Positions 1-12,556 of a stretch of 50,515 bases of DNA are shown in pieces. Source of the DNA: Tubiluchus corallicola (lineage: Eukaryota > Animalia > Priapulida); NCBI GenBank assembly GCA_030141605.1, contig JAQGDQ010001272.1, positions 1 through 50,515 on the forward strand. Direction: 5' to 3'. The notes under the pieces are model-generated. The model ran no database searches. It was not told the origin of the DNA and saw nothing but the letters and a program-made list of their open reading frames with translations. Both the position numbers and the translations under genes were made by a program. The first letter of the stretch is position 1. The number at the start of each line of letters is the position of its first letter.

Positions 1-40
1 AGTAGATTAATTATATTCTACAAGGTGGCACTGCATTAGT

Positions 41-215
41 TTACTTCAGGGTAGTTTTGGGGTAAAATATGAATAGAACAGAGCTATAGAGAGCCGTCTT
101 GCGAGACACCAGTTTTTGAGCAACATTTTCAGCTGAAGATACTATCACATCGAGAACAGGACATTTGACGTGTCCAGTTTGGGATGGCTGTTTAGGAACT
201 ATGCAGGCACTAGGA
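41..215 (-). CDS. Candidate exon (PSACIVPKQPSQTGHVKCPVLDVIVSSAENVAQKLVSRKTALYSSVLFIFYPKTTLK)
   Basis: 57 open codons in the phase required after exon 615-658; tacag| acceptor at 216-217; ends at TAA 41-43 or a donor at 44. Confidence 0.33.
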
Positions 216-220
216 CTGTA

Positions 221-603
221 CAGGGCCTATTTCAGCCTGGGCGAGGCCCGGGGAAGTGGGGCGTGTGAGGCCCCCTCAGGGGGGGGGGGGCGGTCGCCAC
301 CATGGTTGGCGCCCAGAAAATTTTTGAACTGCCAGAACGCCGGAGAAGCATTTTCGAAGAGAAAATATTTAGTTATACAGTTGTTAAAGGAAAGAACAAT
401 TGAAAGAAAAACTGCTTTATTCTCAAGACCAGTCCTTAATACTTGTCAATACTGGCAAACGGCCCCAGTGCGGCAGAGAGAGAGAGAGAGAGAGGAGGCA
501 GTATGTTCGGATAAAGCAAAAAAATGTTACCTCGGCGCGAGGCCCCCCTGAAGGGTGAGGCCACAGGGAAGTATCCCCACATCCCCCCCTGAAATAGGCC
601 CTG
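221..603. mobile_element. hAT-type MITE
   Basis: Perfect 15-bp TIRs CAGGGCCTATTTCAG...CTGAAATAGGCCCTG; related to the element at 8557; no TSD seen. Confidence 0.75.
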
Positions 604-614
604 AACATACTTAC

Positions 615-658
615 TCTTTAATGATGTCCAGAAATTCCGTTATATAAAAATCCTCTAG
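615..658 (-). CDS. Candidate exon (LEDFYITEFLDIIK)
   Basis: ttatttcag| acceptor and GA|gtaagt donor; the linking exon to 5869 was not found. Confidence 0.45.
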
Positions 659-1089
659 CTGAAATAAGTACCAAAATGTGTTTTATACAATTTTCTAATG
701 CAACACTAAAATAAGACACACACGCAGGTAAAGTTAGCCAAATACTAAAACAAGTTCATTTAACTTGCTTACAATTTCCGTTTTTTAGCAAAATTCTACA
801 AGATGCAGTAATGGTTATATGTAAATGCAGATTACGTAACAACCTGTGGTGTGTTAAGAGGTATCGTTCATAGCATGTAAGATGCTCTATTTTGTAGTGT
901 GTTAAAAAGTGCAAATAAAGTCCTTAAGTAAAACTCAATGAAAGATAAAATAACTGAAGATAAAACCTGAACGAGTCAACTAGATGAACCAAAAAGCCTG
1001 CCACATAAAAAAATATACAATTTAAAAAATGCCATTACTTCATAAAATAAATATTTGGTTTTAAGCTTTAATAATTTCAGTTTTCAATA

Positions 1090-1779
1090 CAGTGTTCCCT
1101 CACTTATCGCGGGTGTTCCTGTTTTGTTTCTCTTGGGAGGCTCGTAGAGAAAACCAGAAAACACGCCGTCAAATTAAACTAGTTTATTAAGCGAGAATTC
1201 TACAACACAAAAGTATGAAGGAACACGAAATGTTTACAGTAAACGTGAAAATCTGGAAAACGTTTGAGTGTATCTCAAAATGTAAGTATACAAGAGAATG
1301 TGTAAGTGCCGTCCGTGTGAATCCATGTGTCTCGTCTCAGCGGCCTGCTTCGCCTTATATAGCGTGCCCAAGAAGATTCCAGAAGCTCTGTTCCAAACAT
1401 TCCACACGATAAGACGATTATTCTAACGGAACATTCTACAATGTTCTATGTAATTCTAATAGAACCCGCGATAAGTGAATTTCCTCGAAGTAGGGATGCT
1501 ACACTTATTTTAGTAGTTATACATTATTTTAAGACTTTATAAACCCTCCCCACACTCTTATACATAACCCTTTCCCATTCTTTCTGCAAAATTCATCAAA
1601 TCTATACATTACTGTACAATACGTACTACGCAGGTGCAAAAATACTTTAGACGGAGTACCGCAAAACCCGTGAAACCGCGAAAATAGTGCGATAATTATC
1701 TTACATTACATATATTTTTGAAAACCCGTGAAAAAGAGAGTCCGCGACAAACGAACCGCGAAGTAGCGAGGGAACGCTG
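1090..1779. mobile_element. Tigger/pogo-type MITE interrupted by an insertion
   Basis: TIRs CAGTGTTCCCTC...GAGGGAACGCTG flanked by TA; CCGCGA subterminal motifs. Confidence 0.8.
1120..1445 (-). mobile_element. Probable solo LTR nested in the Tigger MITE
   Basis: Interrupts the MITE between GGGTGTTCC and AGAACCCGCG; minus strand has TATATAAG followed by AATAAA; TSD unclear. Confidence 0.4.
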
Positions 1780-2162
1780 TACCAGGTAATACCTGTGTAC
1801 TAGTACTTAACTTTATATATAACGAATGTACTAAATGAAGGGCTAGAAATACTTGTATAAACTGAAATTTTTACGGTATTTTCAGTATTTTTTATGTTCC
1901 ATGGCACAGTCCATTATATTTTTTTTGTTTTACGATCTCCTGACATATATTACAGTTTATCTTGAAATGCAGTTCTTTGCAATCCCAGACAGCATACGGG
2001 ACACTTGTAAGACATGAATGGGACAAAGAGCTAACAAAATTTCTCCTAACATCGTATGCAGATCCTTTTAGAATTTTTTATTTTAGCACAACTACTACGA
2101 GTTTTATACAATGTGTGATGTAAAAACAATGAATATTACAACCTTGTTTTAATTTTTTGAAT

Positions 2163-4047
2163 ACAACCACCTCCCACCAATCCATCATTACCAAACACCA
2201 CCACCCATCAATCCATCATTACCAAACACCACCACCCATCAATCCATCATTACCAAACACCACCACCCATCAATCCATCATTACCAAACACCACCACCCA
2301 CCAATCCATCATTACCAAACACCACCACCCATCAATCCATCATTACCAAACACCACCACCCATCAATCCATCATTACCAAACACCACCACCCATCAATCC
2401 ATCATTACCAAACACCACCACCCATCAATCCATCATTACCAAACACCACCACCCATCAATCCATCATTACCAAACACCACCACCCACCAATCCATCATTA
2501 CCAAACACCACCACCCATCAATCCATCATTACCAAACACCACCACCCACCAATCCATCATTACCAAACACCACCCACCAATCCATCATTACCAAACACCA
2601 CCACCCATCAATCCATCATTACCAAACACCACCACTCATCAATCCATCATTACCAAACATAACCACCCACCAATCCATCATTACCAAACACCACCACCCA
2701 CCAATCCATCATTACCAAACACCACCACCCATCAATCCATCATTACCAAACACCACCACCCACCAATCCATCATTACCAAACACCACCACCCACCAATCC
2801 ATCATTACCAAACACCACCACCCATCAATCCATCATTACCAAACATAACCACCCACCAATCCATCATTACCAAACACCACCACTCATCAATCCATCATTA
2901 CCAAACACCACCACCCATCAATCCATCATTACCAAACACCACCACCCATCAATCCATCATTACCAAACACCACCACCCATCAATCCATCATCACCAAACA
3001 CCACCACCCATCAATCCTTTTACCAAACACCACCACCCATCAATCCATCATTACCAAACATAACCACCCACCAATCCATCATTACCAAACACCACCACCC
3101 ATCAATCCATCATTACCAAACACCACCACCCATCAATCCATCATTACCAAACACCACTACTCATCAATCCATCATTACCAAACATAACCACCCATCAATC
3201 CATCATTACCAAACACCACCACCCATCAATCCATCATTACCAAACATAACCACCCACCAATCCATCATTACCAAACACCACCACCCATCAATCCATCATT
3301 ACCAAACACCACCACCCATCAATCCATCATTACCAAACACCACCACCCACCAATCCATCATTACCAAACATAACCACCCACCAATCCATCACTACCAAAC
3401 ACCACCACCCATCAATCCATCATTACCAACCACAACCACCCACCAATCCATCATTACCAAACACCACCACCCATCAATCCATCATTACCAAACACCACCA
3501 CCCACCAATCCATCATTACCAAACACCACCCACCAATCCATCATTACCAAACACCACCACCCACCAATCCATCATTACCAAACACCACCACTCATCAATC
3601 CATCATTACCAAACATAACCACCCACCAATCCATCATTACCAAACACCACCACCCATCAATCCATCATTACCAAACACCACCACCCACCAATCCATCATT
3701 ACCAAACACCACCACCCACCAATCCATCATTACCAAACACCACCACCCACCAATCCATCATTACCAAACACCACCACTCATCAATCCATCATTACCAAAC
3801 ATAACCACCCACCAATCCATCATTACCAAACACCACCACCCATCAATCCATCATTACCAAACACCACCACCCACCAATCCATCATTACCAAACACCACCA
3901 CCCACCCATCCATCATCACCAAACACCACCACCCACCAATCCATCATTACCAAACACCACCACCCATCAATCCATCATTATCAAACACAACCACACACGA
4001 ATCCATCATTACCAAACACCACCACCCACCCATCCATCATCACCAAA
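2163..4047. repeat. 31-bp minisatellite, about 60 copies (CCACCACCCATCAATCCATCATTACCAAACA)
   Basis: Direct inspection; period 31; plus strand almost free of G. Confidence 0.97.
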
Positions 4048-4586
4048 TCCTCCTACTGCAATTTTTACAGTTTTCACCTTCTATGCAATTAAATCAACTA
4101 GAAATTACTGAACATTCCGCCATCTTGTGGGTAAACTAATGAACATTTCACCACTTTTACATTACTGGAGTATACTAATTTACTAATTGAAATTATATTG
4201 ATGACCGAGTTCAATTACTTAAAAAATAAAAAATGTTTTCTTACTGGTGGTCCAACAATTACTAGGCATGTATTGTGTTTCTGCGACAAATGCCAGTCTG
4301 AAAGTGTTACAAAATCTCTTTTTAAAAAAGAAATCACAGATACAGACCCTACTCTGCATCAAAAACAATTTAAGGACTTTCATAGTGCTTGGCTTCAACA
4401 ATTTCTGCAATTTCTCCATTAAACATCTCTCTACAATAAGCACTCGGTATAACGGACTATTTCTGCGCGGCTTGTCTCTTTTGGTTGTTGCAAACAATTC
4501 CACGATAATGTCTTAGCGCATGACTTATTATGTTGCTCGTTTCCGCCATCTGATCTAGCTTAAAATACAGTAACTAGATGTCAAGA

Positions 4587-4719
4587 TGCCCAGGCGTGCG
4601 CCCTGGAGACGTTCAAGGATCGCACTGCTCAGCCACAGTCGACGCTGCAGCTCCATCAATGTGATCAATAACTGACTCTCTTGGCGCACACTCCATTGTC
4701 TTCCGAGACAGAAGGATGC
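4587..4719 (+). mobile_element. 5'-truncated copy of the 5S/RTE SINE
   Basis: Matches the 3' part of the SINE at 10715-11253, ending GTCTTCCGAGACAGAAGGATGC. Confidence 0.85.
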
Positions 4720-5322
4720 AGAACCTATATTGTTGACTTTGAAAAAATAGTTTTGAAAACTTGCATAACAATTGCTAACCTACCTGAAAACGCTTTGGTC
4801 ACGTATAATGGCTCTTTAACAGCCCGTATACCAGCAACTAGTAAATAAACTTCAGGATTTTTGTGCGGGTATGACAATACGTGTCGAAGGTGGGATGCTA
4901 TTGAAAAACTATTGGACGGATTAACCATAACGCCTAGGAATAAGTAATAAAACTGATGAAATAATGTAAATTATTTGGACACCAACAACCAACAGTAATG
5001 TGTTAAGCTTAGCATTTTAAGGAATACACATATAAATTACGATTATGCTGAAAAACTTTTTATTTGTTGATCAGGTGATAGAAATTGAAACTGTTGCAAC
5101 GCTATCTACTAGCAGCACATAAATTGCATATTCTGCAGTGTTTGATTAATTTTTGCACTGTGTCATGCGTGCACTGTGTATGATCCAACCTGCTAGCTAA
5201 TGGTTTTCTTTCACTACAAATCTATCTACTAATCAATAAACAAAGTATTGATTTTATAGCTACTCAACAATTTGTATTACATCTCTGCAACATTAGTGAC
5301 CGTAGCAACTCATCTTCTAAAG

Positions 5323-5805
5323 CAGGGGTGTGCAAATTATCTGACTAGCCGGGCCACATTAAACTTTCTAGCAATTCCTGCGGGCTACAGGCAGTTTGAT
5401 CAAGGAGCCAAGTACAGAAAGGCCTAATAACGATTTTTTTGCATCCGACCTGCGTACATCATTACTACTACACTCAAGAAACTATTTTAGAAGTTATTAA
5501 AATTTATATTACAAACCATATATTTCTACTTTCAGGACAGATAGTGGTAATTTCATTACAATGCATATTAGTAATGTGTATCACACAGTCTGTGTAGTAC
5601 AGCGACATTAAGCTACAACCGTCTTGTAAGGGTTAATTCCATCCGATCTAGTAGAAAAAAACTACCGGCACTATCTTTGGGATCGTGGCACGGACTTCAG
5701 CTGGATACACTCAATTAATCGCCCGGGCCGCACTTTCATTAGGTTGACAAATCTCTTTGCGGGCCGTACAAATTCTCTCGGTGGGCCGCAATTTGCACAC
5801 CCATG
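5323..5805. mobile_element. hAT-Charlie-like MITE (copy 1 of 3)
   Basis: TIR CAGGGGTGTGCAAAT...ATTTGCACACCCATG; GCGGGCC subterminal motifs; degenerate 8-bp TSD ttctaaag/tactaaaa. Confidence 0.85.
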
Positions 5806-5868
5806 TACTAAAAGGTGCGGGTTTGCAGGAATTGTTGTTTAGGTCACACAGCTAATATTTGTACTTAC

Positions 5869-5911
5869 CTGGTGGTGTAGTGATTATCTTCTCAGGTGGT
5901 ACGACATCAGG
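5869..5911 (-). CDS. Internal Pro/Thr-rich linker exon (PDVVPPEKIITTPP)
   Basis: tttctttcttag| acceptor and G|gtaagt donor; phase 0 to 1. Confidence 0.62.
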
Positions 5912-6552
5912 CTAAGAAAGAAATGGAGGCACAATTAGCACAACCTATCAAAGTACTTATTTAGCAACCTGTTACTCGCGCATAATAAAGTTAAAAAGCT
6001 GCAGAACAAAACCATAAAAATTAATTACATATTAATTACCTTAGCAACTTTTCCTATTATATTTACTCAAAACTTAAAATGGCATACGATTAGACAGAAA
6101 TGCAGTTTAATTATTACTCTGAATCCACATTAAATAAAAAATTTTAGTTTGTACATGAACTTTTACAAGAAGAATGCAATAAATCGTTATTTTATTAGTC
6201 ATTATTATCTTAGTCAGATAGCTATTTTCTCCTAGTACAATTGCATTACGTCTTACATTAACTTAGTTATTCTGGACATATAAGAAGGAGCGCAGTAAAT
6301 TCATTACATTCACAGAAAAAAAGTAATGAAAGCACAAATATAATTTAAAAATTCATTCTTTTTGCTATCCTAAGCAGAGTTCTTGCCTAGTCAGTCCGTG
6401 CAATACAAGCTGCGTTCATTTAGCAATTTTCATTTAGCCAAACATGAAGCCAATCACAGTAAAAAATAAAATATATGATGTAAATTTTCACCAAAACAAC
6501 TGAAGATACTAAAGCATCAAGTTGAATCATAATTCTCATTCATTGAGAATTA

Positions 6553-7100
6553 TATTATTTAGTATTATTGTCCAAGTCAGTAGATTTGTTCTTAATCAAT
6601 AAGCCTAGAAATAATGAAGTTGAACTCAAATCAAAATGTATTCAACTCCTGTTGTTGATTAATAGCATTATTAACCCAAAGTGTTTTTATCATTTCATAA
6701 CAATTTTGACCTGTGTTTCACATAAAATCTAAATGCAATTTTTAGTTTAATCAAGATTGACCTTATTTTGTTGCCCGCTAATTAAACAACATGTATATTC
6801 TTTTCTCTGGATTATATAGCAAATGTCATAATTTTAAAAATTACTAATGTTTCCTAAATTAAACTGATAACATTAATGCCCACCAATGTATAAAAAATCT
6901 TTTTATCTATATTCGGTAAAGGATAGCAGACTAGGTGACTTTATAGTCTTTTCGCTATCCTTTCTCTAGTTCTAAATCTATCTATACATTTTAACCATTT
7001 TTCAAAACTTATTAGAGATTCTTTTATTAATCATGTTTTATTGTAACACTATAAAGAGATGAATAAATTGAAATTGAAATGAATTGAATTTGAATTGAAT
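6553..7100 (+). mobile_element. Degenerate CR1/L2-group LINE 3' fragment with (ATTGA)n tail (copy 1 of 3)
   Basis: Near-identical to 14335-14855 and 29363-29900; AATAAA followed by a short-repeat tail. Confidence 0.7.
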
Positions 7101-7719
7101 CAATTCATTGAAAATCACTTTTGCTGCATGACATATAAGCGAATTATAAAAAAATCAGACCTGTTAGTTCTTCACTGTGGCAAAAAGTACTAGACAATAA
7201 AATCTTACAGGAAATTCATAAAATCCAAAAGCATTTGCAACAAAGTGAGTGTTCTAAAATTCAGCCACAGATTTAACTTAGAATATACAATGTACTTAGA
7301 ATGTACATATATAGAATATGTACAAATTATTGAACATTATTTTATTATAAACTAACGCATTCGTATAATAATTCAATTTTCATTCGTCTTAAATGCAAAA
7401 TCTGATCATTTTTAATTACCTGGTACATGCGCATTAACTAATTATATTAGTAACAATCCTGAGAGGGTGGCTGACCTCGATAACTTATAGTTCTTTCACC
7501 ACCCTTTCACCACTAATCAATAATTACTTTTGCACTTTGTAATATTATTGTATGTTGTACAGATTTATAAATCTCTTAGTTACGTATTTTGCTATTTTAA
7601 AAATGGTAATAAACTAATAAACCTACTTACTACACCTACGGTACAACAAAATTAAGCATCATTAAGAATTCATGGCTAATACATATGTGTACAGCACTGT
7701 GAGGTAAAGTGTATATGGT

Positions 7720-8270
7720 TCCTAGAGATGATTTAGATATATTACGACAATGTTCAATTTACTATGGTAAAGCAAATAAATTACTCATGAAATTTACTCA
7801 CTGTTCAGTTAACGTGAAGAGACAATTGTTTAATGCTTACTGCACTACTTTTTATTGTATGTCCACTTGGAGACATTTTTATTCTTACAATCTTATCAAA
7901 CTCAAGGCTGCATATAATGTATCAACACGGAAGCTGTTTAACTTTTCATATGATACGAGCGCTAGATATATTTCTACTAGACTTAATATTATTTATTTTG
8001 ATGTGATGCACAGAAAATGTGCATACAGTTTATACGTCAGGCTGAATAAGAGTGAAAATTTTATATGCAAGAACATTTTAAACAGTGATGTAAACTTTTC
8101 TTCTGTAATTAGACGTCATTGGTGTAGTTTGTTATATCGTTAATTGTTATTTGTGTTATTGTTGTGTGTCATGATTTATTGTATTATTTGTGTTAATTTG
8201 TGATGTGTATATGAACTTTGTAAAGTTTGAAATAAAATATTAAATCAAAATTAAATTAAAAATCAAAATC
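7720..8270 (+). mobile_element. Non-LTR retrotransposon 3' fragment (post-RT region, clade uncertain)
   Basis: DDLDILRQ..YGKANKLL.KF..CS..VK.QLF..YC motif, then UTR, AATAAA and repeat tail; second copy at 27905-28930. Confidence 0.8.
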
Positions 8271-8377
8271 TTTCGAAGCAAACTGATAGGTCACCTCTCA
8301 AAAGTACTATATAAATAAATACATGAAAGAAACAATAGCACTAATCTTTGTCTAAATTTAAATTGCAGCATACTCAC

Positions 8378-8429
8378 CCAGAGCTCTATAGCTTTCTTCA
8401 TCATACCCTCAGTAAAAGCAATAATAAAC
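8378..8429 (-). CDS. Internal exon (FIIAFTEGMMKKAIELW)
   Basis: cttttttcag| acceptor and |gtgagt donor; phase 2 to 0, compatible with both neighbours. Confidence 0.65.
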
Positions 8430-8556
8430 CTGAAAAAAGAAATAAGATGGATGGTAGACTGTTTAACTTTGCGTCTTATCCTTTGTGAAAGGCTACCTCT
8501 AATTATTGAGATATTTTTATCACTTTTTGCTTGCAGTTACCCCTTTATCTAACAAA

Positions 8557-9250
8557 CAGGGCCTATTTCAGAGGGGTAAGGGGGAAGGAGGAGGTTCTTG
8601 GCAAGAATCGGGTTTATAAGCCACCTCCGTACCCATCCTACGAAGTCATGGTCCTCTTCGACTACGAAGGATGAACAACAACAACAACAACAACATTTCA
8701 GGGGGGAGAAGTGGGGATACTTCCCCGGGGCCTCATCCTCCAGGGGTGCCACGCGCCGAGGTAACATTTTTTTTGCTTTATGCGAACATACTGCCTCCTC
8801 TCTCTTACCGCATGCTCGCCGTTCGCCTTGTACGGCTCGGTGCGATGTTCAGCAGTTTTCAATTTCAGAATTTCTAACACCGGACGATTATCCCGATTGC
8901 AAGATGGCGGCCCCCCGCGGCCACACTTTGTTTCACAAATGGGAAAAAATCTCTGAACAGGTAACAAAAATTTCCAGTACTCGACCGGTATTACAATTTT
9001 TAAGAAATGATTTAAATGGATCAGTTTTTGATTGTGGTCGTTTTTCTTTAAGGCGCAAGACAATGTCCAAGAGAACATTTGAAAGTGGAGCTGTCAAGCG
9101 GCAAAAGAAGAAGAGAACCGAGGAACTGACTAAAATTGTTAGTAACAACCTGGACAAGGACGTAGTTTCTTCAACGTTTGTTATTGGAATTTTAAACGCG
9201 ATGGCAGCTTTACCGTCTATTAATTTTAATTTTACATTTTTAATTTTTTG
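8557..9250 (+). mobile_element. hAT element 5' part with transposase N-terminal remnant
   Basis: Same TIR as 221-603; MSKRTFESGAVKRQKKK resembles hAT transposase starts. Confidence 0.6.
8572..8693 (+). mobile_element. 5'-truncated RTE LINE 3' end inserted in the hAT terminus
   Basis: FLARIGFISHLRTH (RTE C-terminal motif), hairpin tail and (AAC)n, flanked by duplicated ATTTCAG. Confidence 0.8.
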
Positions 9251-9410
9251 TTATCTGCAGCATCACCGTTTATTTTTAATATACTAATCTATCTATAAGA
9301 AAGGGCAGGAGACTAGATGACCCGATTGTCCCTCCCTGCCCTGTTCCAAGATTACAATTGTTTAATATTTAACAAACTTTTGCCCTAAACTATATTGGAG
9401 AAAATAAATG

Positions 9411-9533
9411 TTCTATGTGTATGTGTATGTGTATGTGTATGTCTATGTCTATGTCCATTTCCATGTCCATGTCTATGTCCATGTCTATGTCCAAGTCTAT
9501 GTCCATGTCTATGTCCAAGTCTATGTCTATGTC
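9411..9533. repeat. (ATGTCY/ATGTGT)n microsatellite, probably a LINE tail
   Basis: Hexamer repeat directly after AATAAATG. Confidence 0.85.
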
Positions 9534-9639
9534 TTTTAATTTTGCACTACACAGGTTTATACTCAGTATAAACCATTTCAGTATATTTTCTGCCACATGA
9601 GAACAAATTTGAAAAAGGACATTAATATATTCTGTGTAA

Positions 9640-10230
9640 TATTTGAACTATGAACTATGAATTTATTTTCACACATCAAAATACAATATCATACACATTA
9701 ATAAACTTTAAATAAAATGATTTGAGTAGTGCGAGGTGAGTGTACGACCATACGGTCATTAACACACTCACCTTACTTAAATGAAAATATGATTATAGTT
9801 ATGCATGCTTCTGTAGATAACTTGATGTAAATAAGGATGAAGTAAATGATGTAATAATTTGAGTAGTGCGAGGTGAGTGTACGACCATACGGTCATTAAC
9901 ACACTCACCTTACTTAAATGAAAAAATGATTATAGTTATGCATGCTTCTGTAGATAACTTGATGTAAATAAGGATGAAGTAAATGATGTAATAATTTGAG
10001 TAGTGCGAGGTGAGTGTACGACCATACGGTCATTAACACGCTCATCTTACTTAAATGAAAAAATGATTATAGTTATGCATGCTTCTGTAGATAACTTGAT
10101 GTAAATAAGGATGAAGTAAATGATGTAATAATAGCAATGGTATAAGAGCAATAAACCTGAAACTGAGAAAGGAAAACATAATATGTAATTACGACTTTGA
10201 GTGAGCCTTAAAGAGTGATAAAATTTTTTT
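9640..10230 (-). mobile_element. LINE 3' end containing a 137-bp x3 tandem repeat (9721-10131)
   Basis: Minus strand reads a SLFKAHSK-like ORF end, UTR, AATAAA and (TTCATAG)n tail; repeat units start at 9721, 9858 and 9995. Confidence 0.6.
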
Positions 10231-10714
10231 TAAATAGTTACGAATATGAATTATGTGATGATCTGTCAATGTATCATTTACTTGTATTACAATTATTATT
10301 TGAATAGAATTTGACTATACATGAATGTACAATGAGACAAATTCTCGCAAACGGCAAGCAACTGAACCGTGGGTCATCAGTTTCGTTCAGCCGACAGTAT
10401 TGAAGAAGTCCAGCATAATGGATATATTAACTAGAATCATCTGCTAATAAGAAACAGCTTAAGTCGGCATCTTAAAAATCTGCGCGTGCTTTTTCATATT
10501 AATTAAATAATAATAATAATAATTAAAATTTTATATTGTACTTAGAATTAAGGAGGACGTCGGTCATCAACATGTAATTTTCAGCTACAGCACTAGCATT
10601 GTTCAGGTCAGTTCCACCAAATATCACAGCATATGGCACCGGACAATCTGAAATTTAAATAAAATTTATTTAACTTTGAAGAAATACATGTAAGGTTTAA
10701 CATGTAAAAGCTAT

Positions 10715-11253
10715 TTGTTGTTGGCATCCTTCTGTCTCGGAAGACAATGGAATGTGCGTCAAGAGAGTCAGTTATTGATCACATTGATGGAGCTGCAGCG
10801 TCGACTGTGGCTGAGCAGTGAGATCCTTGCACGTCTCCAGGGCGCACGCCTGGGCAAGGTGTATGGAGATCCTGAGTTGCCCAGACAACAGGAACCCCCT
10901 CTCTTCCTCCCTGGTGTAGTCCAAAGGAAAGCGGAGCATTACGTTTGGCACCAGGTTGGCTGCCGGAGTCAGTGAGCATGCTGCACTGGTCCGCCTTCGG
11001 GGCTCCACTCCTGATTTGGAAGGTTTACTCCTCTACACGTGGCCGTTGGGTTACTTGACCTCCTCCGCCTTCTAGCCATTGGCTGCTTGTGCAGCTCCTC
11101 CGCCTAGTGTCGAGATACTGTGTGGGCATCCCGCAAGCCTACAGCACCTGGTATTCCTAGGCTGTCACCCATCCAAGTACTAACCAGGCTCCACGTTGCT
11201 TAACTTCGGTGATCAGACGAGAACCGGTGTTTTCAACGTGGTTTGGCCGTAGT
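10715..11253 (-). mobile_element. Full-length 5S rRNA-derived SINE (SINE3) with RTE-like body and tail
   Basis: 119-nt 5S head at 11135-11253 without an oligo-T terminator; body shared by 5 dispersed copies; tail GTCTTCCGAGACAGAAGGATGCC(AAC)n; 12-bp TSD tgtaaaagctat/tgtaagagctat. Confidence 0.9.
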
Positions 11254-11519
11254 TGTAAGAGCTATGAACTTCAGTAAACAAAAGACAGGCATATTGTAAA
11301 TACTAAAAGATGGCGCAGCGTACCAAGTACCATCCCACATCTCAATTTGTCGTTCAGCTAACTAGTTCATTTGTAAATAGCAAATAGCACAACATCCCTA
11401 ATTTTGTGAATTATTTGAAATTATTACTATATCAAACAAGGAATAAAAACCCTTCCCAATTTGACCATTGGACTCAAAAATGCTGGATATTTTCTCTGAT
11501 ACAGATATATCGTATGCTT

Positions 11520-12262
11520 GGTTGGGGAGGATTATTTAGGGAAGCACATACACCAATCGATTGAAAATAATTCATCTGATTCAGAAGAAAATAGTGCGAG
11601 CTATAACATTTGCCGGTTATCAGGACCATACACCACCAATATTTAAAAGACTAAACTTTCTAAACATTTATGACATTAATAAGTTCCAAACTGCCATTTT
11701 CATGTACAAATTCTCTCACAAATTATTGCCTCCCTTATTTACTGATTATTTTTGTTTGAATGCTGAGATACATAATTACGGCACACGTTATAGACTTAAC
11801 TATCACTACATACAGTGCAACACAAATGTTAGAAAATTTTCTATTAAATACAATGGCCCTTACATATGGAATTCAACTGCTCCAGCTATTAAAAATACCA
11901 ACTCGCTGCCCATATTTAAAAAAATTATAAATTAAACTTACTTGAAACGTATAGCTGATCACTCAATCATGATTTGTTGTTTTTCATTTTCAAAAACTTC
12001 CCCTCTAGTATAATAATATTTTTATTACTTCCCACCCGTATTCATATTTGTATATATTGTAATATTGTATCTGTATATATTGTAATTTTTCTCGTAACTA
12101 ATTCTAGTGGCCTACCATAAACTAGCTTCTTAGGTCTCTAGTGCAGAATTCATGAATTGTATCATATTTTTGTATTAACAAAAACTGATTATCGATGCAC
12201 ATGTAATGTATATGTATATGTTTATTGTGAAATAAATCTATTAAATCTAAAAAATTAAATCT
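11520..12262 (+). mobile_element. L2/Crack-group LINE ORF2 C-terminal fragment and 3' UTR
   Basis: QKKIVRAI...HT.PIFK.L..L...HNYGTR...FSIKYNGP.IWN motif, then AATAAA and tail. Confidence 0.85.
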
Positions 12263-12556
12263 AATACAATGACTTTAATTTTGCAAAACTACAGTCATGG
12301 TAAACATATTCCAGCAAAAACTTCCAAGCGATGAGAAACATGCAAAAACACACAAATTTTTCCATAACTATCAAAAAACTATCTCAATGGAGAAGAGATC
12401 TAGTAAGAATATCACAAAAGTTAATGCGAAACAACCAAATGGAATACACCGGTATCATTATAAAACTAAAATACCATTATATATATATATATATATGTAT
12501 AATAATCTTTATTTGCCATTGAAATACATTGATAATCACTGACAAAAACTTTACAG

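Noticed and set aside
2157-4139. 660-aa His/Pro/Thr-rich ORF
   Set aside because: By-product of a G-free 31-bp repeat in which TAG and TGA cannot occur; non-ATG start; the unit is read through all three frames.
9390-9600. (DI/DM)n and (MS)n ORFs
   Set aside because: Hexamer microsatellite translations.
10772-11008. Repeated small [17 protein letters not shown] (also 37742 and 38376)
   Set aside because: Lies in the SINE body; frame and length differ between copies.
11135-11253. Functional 5S rRNA gene (also 37507 and 38735)
   Set aside because: No oligo-T terminator, dispersed in both orientations, joined to a SINE body, with TSDs and 5' truncations.
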